Source of the DNA: Treponemataceae bacterium
GTDB taxonomy: Bacteria; Spirochaetota; Spirochaetia; Treponematales; Rectinemataceae
Direction of reading: 5' to 3'
DNA: 64,000 bases
NCBI GenBank assembly: GCA_963667725.2
Contig: CAXXHO010000003.1
Coordinates: forward strand, 1,728,001-1,792,000
Shown here: piece by piece, positions 38,104-46,721 of the stretch
How positions within the stretch are numbered: position 1 is the stretch's first letter
Layout of the letters: each line of letters opens with the position of its first letter
The notes under the pieces: model-generated
Told to the model about the DNA's origin: nothing
Databases searched by the model: none
What the model saw: the letters and a program-made list of their open reading frames with translations, nothing else
Position numbers and translations under genes: made by a program

Positions 38104-38295
38104 ATGCCTAAATACAAGATCGAAATAAATAGGGCATGGTGCAAAGCCTGCGGGATCTGCATCGATTTTTGCCCCAAGAAAGTCCTGGGCCCCGATGAGA
38201 ACGGCAAGGCTTCGGTGGTGAGTCCGGACGATTGCACGGGCTGCTTTATGTGCGAGCGCCGCTGTCCCGATTACGCGATCAAAGTGGAAGGATGA
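38104..38295 (+). CDS. 2[4Fe-4S] ferredoxin, 2-oxoacid:ferredoxin oxidoreductase delta subunit
   Basis: CKACGICIDFCP and CTGCFMCERRCP. Confidence 0.92.
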   Translation: MPKYKIEINRAWCKACGICIDFCPKKVLGPDENGKASVVSPDDCTGCFMCERRCPDYAIKVEG

Positions 38296-38299
38296 GAAG

Positions 38300-39442
38300 A
38301 TGGCAGAACAGCAAGTAAAGCTTTTACAGGGAAACGAAGCATGCGCGATGGCGGCGCTCGACGCCGGGGTGCGGTTTTTCGCCGGATACCCCATCACTCC
38401 AGCGACGGAAATCGCCGAGATTCTCGCGAAGGAATTGCCTAAGCTGGGCGGCATTTTCATACAGATGGAAGACGAAATCGCCAGCATGGGGGCCATCATC
38501 GGCGCCTCCATCGGCGGCGTGAAAAGCCTCACCGCGACGAGCGGTCCCGGTTTCACGCTGATGCAGGAGAACTTGGGATACGCGGCGATGGTGCAGGTGC
38601 CCTGCGTCATCGTGGACGTCCAGCGCGGAGGGCCCAGCACGGGAATGCCCACCCTTCCGTCCCAAATGGATGTGATGCAGGCCCGCTGGGGAACGCACGG
38701 CGACCACCCGATCGTCGTCCTCTGCCCCTCGACCGTGTACGAGTACTACATCTTGACGATCAAGGCCATCAACTTTTCCGAAATGCTGAGAACGCCGGTC
38801 ATCCTTCTGGCCGACGCGATCGTGGGACATCTGCGCGAGAAGGTGATTATCCCCGATAGTTCGGAAATCGAACTGGTCGAACGGAAGCGAGCCGCCCTGC
38901 CGGCAAAGGACTTCTTGCCATTCAAGCCGGATGATGACGATGTGCCGCCCTTCATGCCCTATGGCATCGGTTACCGGTATCACATGACCAGCAACAACTA
39001 CGATGAGGGCGGATACCCCGCCACCAACGATTCGCAGGTAGCGGTCAAACTGCTCACCCGTCTGCATCGCAAGGTCGAAAAGCGCCGTGGCGAAATAGTC
39101 ATGACGGAAGAAATCATGATGGACGACGCCGAAATAGCGCTGTTCGCCTATGGCTGCACTGCCCGCTCGGCGCGCAGCGCGGTCGAGACGGCACGCCGAC
39201 AGGGCATAAAGCTGGGCCTGATAAAGGCTCTCACGCTCTGGCCCTTCCCGCGGGAAGTAGTGGAAAAATACGGGGACAAAGTAAAAGCGATCATCGTCGC
39301 CGAAATGAACATGGGGCAGCTTGTCGGCGAAGTGGAGCGCGCGCTGAAAGACAAAAAGGCGGCCGTGCGCCAGGTGAACAGGTTTGACGGGAAAATGATA
39401 ACGCCCGACCAGATTCTCGATGCCGTAAAAGAGGTGAGGTAA
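38300..39442 (+). CDS. 2-oxoacid:ferredoxin oxidoreductase alpha subunit (KorA-like)
   Basis: GYPITPATE, QMEDEIAS, TATSGPG, QRGGPSTGMPT. Confidence 0.93.
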   Translation: MAEQQVKLLQGNEACAMAALDAGVRFFAGYPITPATEIAEILAKELPKLGGIFIQMEDEIASMGAIIGASIGGVKSLTATSGPGFTLMQENLGYAAMVQVPCVIVDVQRGGPSTGMPTLPSQMDVMQARWGTHGDHPIVVLCPSTVYEYYILTIKAINFSEMLRTPVILLADAIVGHLREKVIIPDSSEIELVERKRAALPAKDFLPFKPDDDDVPPFMPYGIGYRYHMTSNNYDEGGYPATNDSQVAVKLLTRLHRKVEKRRGEIVMTEEIMMDDAEIALFAYGCTARSARSAVETARRQGIKLGLIKALTLWPFPREVVEKYGDKVKAIIVAEMNMGQLVGEVERALKDKKAAVRQVNRFDGKMITPDQILDAVKEVR

Positions 39443-40261
39443 ATGTCAGCACATGTTCAGGATTATCTGAGAACGAACAAGATGCCTCATATTTGGTGCC
39501 CCGGATGCGGTACTGGCATCGTGCTCGGGGCGGTGGTGAGGGCTATCGCCACTATGGGATACAAGCGCGACGAGGTCATGGTCATCACCGGGATCGGATG
39601 CTCGGCGAGGACCAACGCCATCATCGATTTCAATACCTTCCAGACAACCCACGGCAGGGCTCTCAGCTTTGCCACCGGATTCAAGCTCGCCAGGCCCGAA
39701 ATGAAGGTAATCGTGATTACCGGCGATGGCGACGGCGCCGGAATAGGGGGAAATCACCTGATTCAGACCTGCCGCCGGAATATCGACATCACGACGATAC
39801 TGATCAACAACAGCATCTATGGCATGACGGGCGGCCAGTATTCCCCGCTGACCCCGATGGGGAAATACGCCACGACCTCGCCCTATGGAATGATGGAGCA
39901 ATCTTTCGATGTCTGCAAGCTCGCCGAAGGCGCCGGGGCGAGCTATGTGGCCAGAAGCACAGCATACCACGTGACGCTGCTGGAACAGCTCATCACCAAG
40001 GCGATGGCGCACGAAGGGTTTTCCTTTGTGGAAGCCGTGTCCCAGTGCCCGATCGGCTTCGGGCGCCGCAACAAGATGAAAACGCCCACCGCGATGCTCG
40101 AGTGGCAACGCGACAATGCCGTGAACGTAAAGGCGGCCGCCGCGATGAGCCCCGAAGCGCTGGAGGGCAAGTTTACGATAGGCGAGTTCGTGAACAAAAA
40201 CGTTCCCGAATTGGTGAAGGCATACGCGGAGCTGAATAAAAACTGCGGCGCGAGAGGATAG
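39443..40261 (+). CDS. 2-oxoacid:ferredoxin oxidoreductase beta subunit (KorB-like)
   Basis: WCPGCG, GIGC, HGRA, GDGD...IGGNH, NNSIYGMTGGQ.SP (TPP motif). Confidence 0.93.
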   Translation: MSAHVQDYLRTNKMPHIWCPGCGTGIVLGAVVRAIATMGYKRDEVMVITGIGCSARTNAIIDFNTFQTTHGRALSFATGFKLARPEMKVIVITGDGDGAGIGGNHLIQTCRRNIDITTILINNSIYGMTGGQYSPLTPMGKYATTSPYGMMEQSFDVCKLAEGAGASYVARSTAYHVTLLEQLITKAMAHEGFSFVEAVSQCPIGFGRRNKMKTPTAMLEWQRDNAVNVKAAAAMSPEALEGKFTIGEFVNKNVPELVKAYAELNKNCGARG

Positions 40262-40265
40262 GACG

Positions 40266-40802
40266 ATGGAGCGAAAAGAAATAGTAATAAGCGGCTCGGG
40301 CGGTCAGGGCGTCGTTCTGGGCGGGATTATCCTGGCCGAAGCCGCCGCGATCTACGACGACCTCAATGCCACGCATAATCAATCGTATGGACCCGAAGCG
40401 AGAGGCGGAGCCAGCAAGTCAGAAGTGATTATAAGCGAAGGCGCGATTCATTTCCCCGAAATCGAAAACCCCGATATCCTCGTGGCGCTGACTCAGGAAG
40501 CGATCAGGAAGTATGGGAATACCATAAAAACCCAAGGAATACTCATCGTGGATTCCAAGGTCAAGGTGGATGAAAATCTCAAAGAAAGGGCGAAAACCTT
40601 CAGCCTCCCGATAGTGGAAACGGCGATCAACAAGGTTGGCAATGAGGTCACGGTCAACATGGTAACGTTGGGCGCTCTCGTCGCCATCACCAAGATCGTA
40701 AGCAGGGAAGCTATGGAGAAGGCGGTGCTCAATCGGATTCCAAAAGGGACGGAAGAGCTAAACAGGAAAGCATTGGCGGAAGGTTTCGCGCTGGCGGAAT
40801 AA
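40266..40802 (+). CDS. 2-oxoacid:ferredoxin oxidoreductase gamma subunit
   Basis: SGSGGQGV, QSYGPEARGG, NMV.LG, N.KA..EG. Confidence 0.92.
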   Translation: MERKEIVISGSGGQGVVLGGIILAEAAAIYDDLNATHNQSYGPEARGGASKSEVIISEGAIHFPEIENPDILVALTQEAIRKYGNTIKTQGILIVDSKVKVDENLKERAKTFSLPIVETAINKVGNEVTVNMVTLGALVAITKIVSREAMEKAVLNRIPKGTEELNRKALAEGFALAE

Positions 40803-40842
40803 GCCAGGAAAATTTGCGCTGGTGAACAAAGGGAGAATGGTC

Positions 40843-42279
40843 ATGGCAGTCAAGACAAAGGCCGAATACATCGAATCGTTGAGAAAATTGAAACCAACGG
40901 TCTATATGTTCGGCGAGAGGGTCGAGAATTTTGTGGACAATCCCAGAATCAGGGCGGGGATCGAGGCGACGGGGGAAACCTATGCGGTCGCCGAAAGCCC
41001 CGAACATCGCGATTCGATGATAACGAAGAGCAGCCTGATCGGGGAGGACATCAATCGCTTCACTCTGCCTCCCGGATCGCGGGAAGACTTGGTGGCGAGA
41101 GTGAAAAACAACAGGATGCTCGGCGGCAGGGTCGGGACTTGCTTCCAGCGCTGCACTGGCCTGGACTGCATCAGCGCCCTTTCCATCGTCACCTACAACA
41201 TCGACCAAAAGTATAAAACTCAGTATAACGCCAGGTTTCTGGAATTCCTGAAATATGTCCAGAAAAACGATCTAACCTGCAACGCCGGCGTGACAGACGT
41301 CAAGGGCGATCGTTCGCTGGGGCCCTTCGAGCAGGCGGATAAGGACCAGTATTTGCGCGTGGTCGAAGAAAAGGAGGACGGCATCGTCGTGCGCGGAGCC
41401 AAGGCGCATCAGACCGGCTCCCTCTCTTCGCATGAGATCATCGTGCTGCCGACGCGCGCGATGAAAAAAGAAGACAAGGACTACGCCATCGCTTTCGCGC
41501 TTCCCGTGGATACGCCCGGAATCATCCACGTCGTCGGAAGGTCCACGCTGGACATGCGCGAGCTTCAGGGCTGCGATCGAGGGAATATAAAATACTCCAA
41601 ATATTGCCCCACGGTGATTTTCAACGATGTGTTCGTCCCCTGGAGCCGGGTGTTCATGTACGGCGAGACGGAATTCGCCGGAGAGCTGGTGATGCGCTTC
41701 TCCTCATTCCACAGGCAGAGCCATGGCGGCTGCAAGGCGGGGAAGATCGACTGCATGATCGGCGCCGCCATGAACATGATGGAATACAACGGCACGCAGA
41801 AAGTGAGTCACCTCCGCGAGAAAATCATCGACATGATCCACAGGGCGGAAACCCTGTACGGGTGCAGCATCGCCGCCTCCTATGAGGGGGATCAACAAGC
41901 CTCCGGCACGTATTTCATAGATCCCGTCCTCGCGAACGCCTCCAAGCTGCACGAGGGGAAGGAGATGGCCGAAGTCGGAAGGCTCCTGATCGATATAGCC
42001 GGCGGCTTCGCCTGCGACTTGCCTTCCGACAAGGACTTCGAAAATCCCGAGATCGGCCCACTGCTGAAGAAGTATATGAAGGGCTCCGAGAGCGTTTCGG
42101 CCGAAGATCGCATCAAGATGCTGCGATTGGTCGAAAAGTTGACTCAGGAGAGCGCCGACACCGTGTCGGATATACATGGCGGAGGTTCGCCGGAAGCGCA
42201 TAGGATAACGATAATGCGCGAGTCCGATGTGGAAGGCAAGAAAAAGCTGAGCAAAAGGCTCGCCGGGATAGAGAGCTAA
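40843..42279 (+). CDS. 4-hydroxybutyryl-CoA dehydratase (AbfD)-family FAD/[4Fe-4S] enzyme, divergent active site
   Basis: CFQRC, TDVKGDRS, GAKAHQTG, HRQSHGGCK, DIAGG, HGGGSP. Confidence 0.88.
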   Translation: MAVKTKAEYIESLRKLKPTVYMFGERVENFVDNPRIRAGIEATGETYAVAESPEHRDSMITKSSLIGEDINRFTLPPGSREDLVARVKNNRMLGGRVGTCFQRCTGLDCISALSIVTYNIDQKYKTQYNARFLEFLKYVQKNDLTCNAGVTDVKGDRSLGPFEQADKDQYLRVVEEKEDGIVVRGAKAHQTGSLSSHEIIVLPTRAMKKEDKDYAIAFALPVDTPGIIHVVGRSTLDMRELQGCDRGNIKYSKYCPTVIFNDVFVPWSRVFMYGETEFAGELVMRFSSFHRQSHGGCKAGKIDCMIGAAMNMMEYNGTQKVSHLREKIIDMIHRAETLYGCSIAASYEGDQQASGTYFIDPVLANASKLHEGKEMAEVGRLLIDIAGGFACDLPSDKDFENPEIGPLLKKYMKGSESVSAEDRIKMLRLVEKLTQESADTVSDIHGGGSPEAHRITIMRESDVEGKKKLSKRLAGIES

Positions 42280-42308
42280 GTGGTTTAAAGAAACGAGGAG
42301 CTAAAGTC

Positions 42309-43490
42309 ATGAGGAATGTAGTCATCGTCAGCGCGGTGAGGACGGCGGGCGGGAGTTTTGGTGGCGCTTTCAAGAATCTCACGGCGGTGGATCTCGGGGC
42401 CGCTGTGGTCGGAGAATCGGTACGCAGGGCGGGAATAGCCCCGGAAGACGTTGGCCAGGTCATATTCGGCAATGGCTGGCAGGCGGGCGTCGGGCCGAAT
42501 CCGGCGAGGCTGTGTACGGTGAAGGGAGGGCTCCCTGTCAGCTGCCCCGCTTTTACGGTGAACCTGCGCTGTGCCTCAAGCCTGCGCGCTATCGAATTGG
42601 GTGCGCTGAGCATCGCCGCCGGCGAGGAAGATATAGTCCTGGCTGGCGGCACCGAGTCATCCACGCAGGTGCCCTTTATCATGCCCACGCTCCGGTGGGG
42701 GCAGCGCATGGGGGACGGCAAGGCCTGTGATGTGCTGCATAAGGATGGATTCATGTGCCAGCTGGCGGGGATGATGATGGGCAACACCGCCGAACTTCTC
42801 GTCGACAAGTATGGCATCTCCCGCCAGGAACAGGATCAGTTTTCCCTGGAAAGCCACCTGAAGGCGTTGAAAGCCATGGAGGGAGGCCTCTTTGACGAAG
42901 AAGTGCTGCCGATGACGATCCAGGAAAAGAAAGCCGTCAACGTGGTGAAGAGCGAAGAAATTCCCCGCGACGACATATCTCTCGAAAAGCTTGGAAAGCT
43001 GCCGCCCGTATTCCTTGAAAAGGGAACGGTGACGGCGGGGAACAGCTGCGCTCTGTGCGACGCTGCGTCGGCGGTGCTGCTGATGTCGGAAGAGAAGGCC
43101 AGGGAAAAGGGCCTCAAGCCGATGGCGGTCATACGTTCATATTCCTATGTGGCCCTCGACCCGAAATCCATGGGTTTGGGACCGGCCCTGGCCATACCGA
43201 AGGCGCTGAAGAAGGCGGGGCTCGCGTTGCGCGATATCGACTTGATCGAATTGAACGAAGCCTTTGCGGCACAGGTCATCGCCTGCGACCGGGAACTTAA
43301 GCTGGACAGGAGCAAGCTCAACGTGAACGGCGGCGCCATAGCTCTCGGGCATCCCGTGGGCGCTACCGGAGCCAAAATACTGACGACCCTTCTCTATGCT
43401 CTGAAAAACAGGGACAAGAAATTGGGCATGGTCAGCCTTTGCATAGGCGGCGGACAGGGCGTGGCCCTGATCGTCGAACGACTGAATTGA
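42309..43490 (+). CDS. Acetyl-CoA C-acyltransferase (thiolase)
   Basis: TVNLRCASS, NEAFAAQ, NGGAIALGHPVGATG, CIGGGQG. Confidence 0.95.
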   Translation: MRNVVIVSAVRTAGGSFGGAFKNLTAVDLGAAVVGESVRRAGIAPEDVGQVIFGNGWQAGVGPNPARLCTVKGGLPVSCPAFTVNLRCASSLRAIELGALSIAAGEEDIVLAGGTESSTQVPFIMPTLRWGQRMGDGKACDVLHKDGFMCQLAGMMMGNTAELLVDKYGISRQEQDQFSLESHLKALKAMEGGLFDEEVLPMTIQEKKAVNVVKSEEIPRDDISLEKLGKLPPVFLEKGTVTAGNSCALCDAASAVLLMSEEKAREKGLKPMAVIRSYSYVALDPKSMGLGPALAIPKALKKAGLALRDIDLIELNEAFAAQVIACDRELKLDRSKLNVNGGAIALGHPVGATGAKILTTLLYALKNRDKKLGMVSLCIGGGQGVALIVERLN

Positions 43491-43528
43491 TATAACCGAT
43501 TAAACTGATGTGACGCGAGGAGAATACA

Positions 43529-44413
43529 ATGCGGACGATCTTTATTATCGGGGCCGGAACGATGGGACGGGGTATAGCCCAGGTCGCCGCCCAGGCGGAG
43601 AACGATGTCTATCTTTCCGATATGAGCTTGGATCTCGTAAAAAAGAATCTTGAAATTGTCAAAGCCGGCCTGGACAAGCAAATTGAAAAAGGAAAGATGA
43701 CCAAGGACGAAGCCGAAGGCATCATGGGGCGGATCCATATGGTCGAAAACCTGGATAAGGTCGAAAATGCCGATTTCGTCATCGAGGCCGTCCTGGAAGA
43801 TATCGCTTTAAAGCAAAACATCTTCAGGGAACTGGACGAAAAGACAAAGCCGGAAGCCATCCTGGCCACGAACACGACCTCCTGTTCCATCACGCAGATC
43901 GCCTCGGCGACAAAAGCCCCCGAGCGGGTCGTCGGGATGCATTTTTTCAACCCGCCGGCGATCATGAAACTCGTCGAAATCATGCCGGGCCTGCTCACTT
44001 CGAAAAGCGCTTTGGAGCGGACGAAAGAACTCGCGCTGAGCCTGGGCAAAGATCCCGTAGTCACCAAGACCGAGGGACCGGCGGGCGTCACGAGCCGGAT
44101 ATTGTCAGGCATGCTCAATGAGGCGGTGTGGGTGTTGCAGGAAGGCATCGCTTCCGTCGATGAGATCGACAAGGCGATGGTCCTGGGCTGCAACCACAAA
44201 ATTGGGCCGTTCGCCCTGATCGATCTCATCGGCGTGGATATTCATCTCGCGAAGACGCAGATGCTTTACAAGAAAACCGGCGACGCGCGGTACAGGCCCT
44301 GCTATCTTCTGGAACAGATGGTGACTGCCGGCCTCCTCGGGAAGAAGACCGGGGTGGGATTTTACGACTATTCCACGGATCCGGTTGAGCCGTCGGCGTT
44401 TTTTAAACGATGA
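43529..44413 (+). CDS. hbd: 3-hydroxyacyl-CoA dehydrogenase (Hbd-like)
   Basis: GAGTMGRGIA, IEAV.E, GMHFFNP, GPF.LID..G.D, G.LGKKTG.GFY. Confidence 0.9.
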   Translation: MRTIFIIGAGTMGRGIAQVAAQAENDVYLSDMSLDLVKKNLEIVKAGLDKQIEKGKMTKDEAEGIMGRIHMVENLDKVENADFVIEAVLEDIALKQNIFRELDEKTKPEAILATNTTSCSITQIASATKAPERVVGMHFFNPPAIMKLVEIMPGLLTSKSALERTKELALSLGKDPVVTKTEGPAGVTSRILSGMLNEAVWVLQEGIASVDEIDKAMVLGCNHKIGPFALIDLIGVDIHLAKTQMLYKKTGDARYRPCYLLEQMVTAGLLGKKTGVGFYDYSTDPVEPSAFFKR

Positions 44414-44446
44414 GCAAAAAATCCGCTATGAAGGCAGGCTGTAGAC

Positions 44447-45223
44447 ATGGATAACTATTTTTCCTATGAAAAAGCGGAGGGCGTCGGCCGTTTGATCATC
44501 GACAATCCGCCGATGAATGCCCTATGCGACGACATGGTGGAGGAACTGGATAAGATTCTCGCGACCCTTGAGCGTGATGGCGAACTGAAGGCGCTCGTCA
44601 TCACTGGCGCCGGCGGGAAAGCCTTTATGGCTGGCGCCGATATACGCGAGTTGGGCGAAAGGGATTTTATCCAGGGCCGCGCGCAGACCCAACGACGCCA
44701 GGCGGTCTACAACCGGATCGCCGATTTCCGCGCGCCCACGATAGCGGCGGTAAATGGCTATGCCCTGGGCGCGGGGCTGGAACTCGCCCTGTCTTGCAGC
44801 ATCCGGGTCGCCTCTGAAAACGCCAAGTTCGGCGCCCCGGAAATCAATCTGGGGATAATTCCCGGCGATGGGGCGACGCAGCGTCTTCCCAGGATCATCG
44901 GATTGGGAAGAGCCATGCACATGATTCTTACGTCGGAGATGATAACGGCCGATGAAGCCCTGCAGTATGGCCTCGTCACGAAGCTCTTCCCTCTGGATGA
45001 GTTCGCGGAAGGTGTAAACGCGATGGCGCGGAAGCTCGCGAAAAAGGCTCCATTGGCGTTGATGTATGCCAAGGAAGCCGTAAATAGATCCTTCGATGCC
45101 GCCCTGTCGGTCGGCTTGACCATGGAATCTTATCTGCACGCGTTGGCCTGCGCGAGCGAGGACAAGGAAGAAGGCGTAAAGGCCTTTCTCGAAAAGCGGG
45201 AACCCGCGTTCAAGGGAAAGTGA
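44447..45223 (+). CDS. crt: Enoyl-CoA hydratase (crotonase family)
   Basis: AFMAGADI, AVNGYALGAGLELA, PEINLGIIPG, AFLEKR.P.F.G; both catalytic Glu present. Confidence 0.88.
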   Translation: MDNYFSYEKAEGVGRLIIDNPPMNALCDDMVEELDKILATLERDGELKALVITGAGGKAFMAGADIRELGERDFIQGRAQTQRRQAVYNRIADFRAPTIAAVNGYALGAGLELALSCSIRVASENAKFGAPEINLGIIPGDGATQRLPRIIGLGRAMHMILTSEMITADEALQYGLVTKLFPLDEFAEGVNAMARKLAKKAPLALMYAKEAVNRSFDAALSVGLTMESYLHALACASEDKEEGVKAFLEKREPAFKGK

Positions 45224-45254
45224 ATCCCGCGGTGGCGACAGAAATGGAGGGATC

Positions 45255-46547
45255 ATGTTCGAATGGAAAGGTGAGACCCAGGCTGAGCTACCCAGGATTT
45301 GCGCCGTGGAGCAGCGGTTTGATACTTCCGGCATCGATGTCCGGGAAGGTATCCGCGCCGAACTGGCGAAGCCGGAGATCAAGAAGCTGCTGATTCCGGG
45401 GCTGAAGGCGGCGGTCGCCGTCGGAAGCCGCGGCATAGGCGAAATCGACATCATCGTGCGGACCATTGTCGACGAGCTCAAGAAAAGCGGTCTGACCGTT
45501 TTCATCGTCCCGTCGATGGGGAGCCATGGCGGCGCCACGGCCGAGGGGCAAATCGAATACCTGGCAGGTTATGGAATAACCGAAGAGTCGATGGGCGTTC
45601 CCATCCGATCTTCAATGGAGGTCGTCGAACTTGGGGAAGTGGAGCCGGGTGTCAATGTCTTCTTCGACAGGATCGCCTTTGAAGAAGCCGATTTGATCAT
45701 TCCCATCAATCGCGTCAAATGCCACACCGGTTTCAAGGGGCCGGTCGAGAGCGGACTCTACAAAATGCTGGTGATAGGCATGGGCAACCATATCGGCGCC
45801 TCGCGCATCCATGCCTTGGGATTCCCTCGCTTCAGGGAGCTGATTCCCAAGACCGGAGAGTTCATTCTCGGCAAGGTTCCCGCCGTCCAGTTCGGCATCG
45901 CGATTGTCGAGAATGCCCAGGATCTTCCATCCATCATTGAGGCTGTTCCCGCGAAGGAATTTAAGACGCGAGAACCGGAACTCCTGGAATTGTCGCGACT
46001 ACTGATGCCTCGATTGAATTTTTCCAACATCGACCTATTGGTCATCGGCGAATTGGGCAAGAATATCTCGGGAGCGGGGCTCGACCCCAACGTGACCGGT
46101 CGCTTTTGGATGTCTCACATGGAAGATGGCCCCCTGATCTGTAACAGGATAGTCCTGCTCGACCTGACTCCGGAATCCCACGGGAACGCCATGGGGGTGG
46201 GCATGGCGGACGCGATTAGCAGAAGATTGTTGGATAAAATCGATTTCAACGCCACTTACACGAACGCGATCACCGCGGGGAGAATCGAGAAAGCCCGCGT
46301 TCCTATGGTCATGAAGGACGACAGGGACACGATCAAGATCGCGCTCCAAGCCATCGGATTGGCTCCAGGGCAAAAGCCGCGGATTGTAATCATTAAAAAC
46401 ACGTTGGAACTGGAACAAATCCATGTTTCTGAAGGGTTGATGGAGGAGGTTAAGGTTAATCCCAACCTGGTGATATTAGGTTATCCTCGAGAAATGCAGT
46501 TTGATGAAGGTGGAAACCTGATTCTAGATTTTCAGCCATTACACTAA
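45255..46547 (+). CDS. LarA-superfamily (DUF2088) putative racemase/epimerase
   Basis: VGSRGI, PSMGSHGGATAEGQ, NRVKCHT.F, GKNISGAGLDPNV.GR. Confidence 0.75.
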   Translation: MFEWKGETQAELPRICAVEQRFDTSGIDVREGIRAELAKPEIKKLLIPGLKAAVAVGSRGIGEIDIIVRTIVDELKKSGLTVFIVPSMGSHGGATAEGQIEYLAGYGITEESMGVPIRSSMEVVELGEVEPGVNVFFDRIAFEEADLIIPINRVKCHTGFKGPVESGLYKMLVIGMGNHIGASRIHALGFPRFRELIPKTGEFILGKVPAVQFGIAIVENAQDLPSIIEAVPAKEFKTREPELLELSRLLMPRLNFSNIDLLVIGELGKNISGAGLDPNVTGRFWMSHMEDGPLICNRIVLLDLTPESHGNAMGVGMADAISRRLLDKIDFNATYTNAITAGRIEKARVPMVMKDDRDTIKIALQAIGLAPGQKPRIVIIKNTLELEQIHVSEGLMEEVKVNPNLVILGYPREMQFDEGGNLILDFQPLH

Positions 46548-46721
46548 ACCATTGTCCAATGGCGGTTAAGTATAAAGTCTTGGATTGTAAGTAGATGTCA
46601 GATTTGAGAATATCTAATATACCTCCCAACCTCATTCTGAGGCAGTTTTATCACTCATCGTCTTTCTCTTGGCTTACTGTAGTTATTGAGTTTTATCCTC
46701 TTGCCATATAGTATCTTCCGA

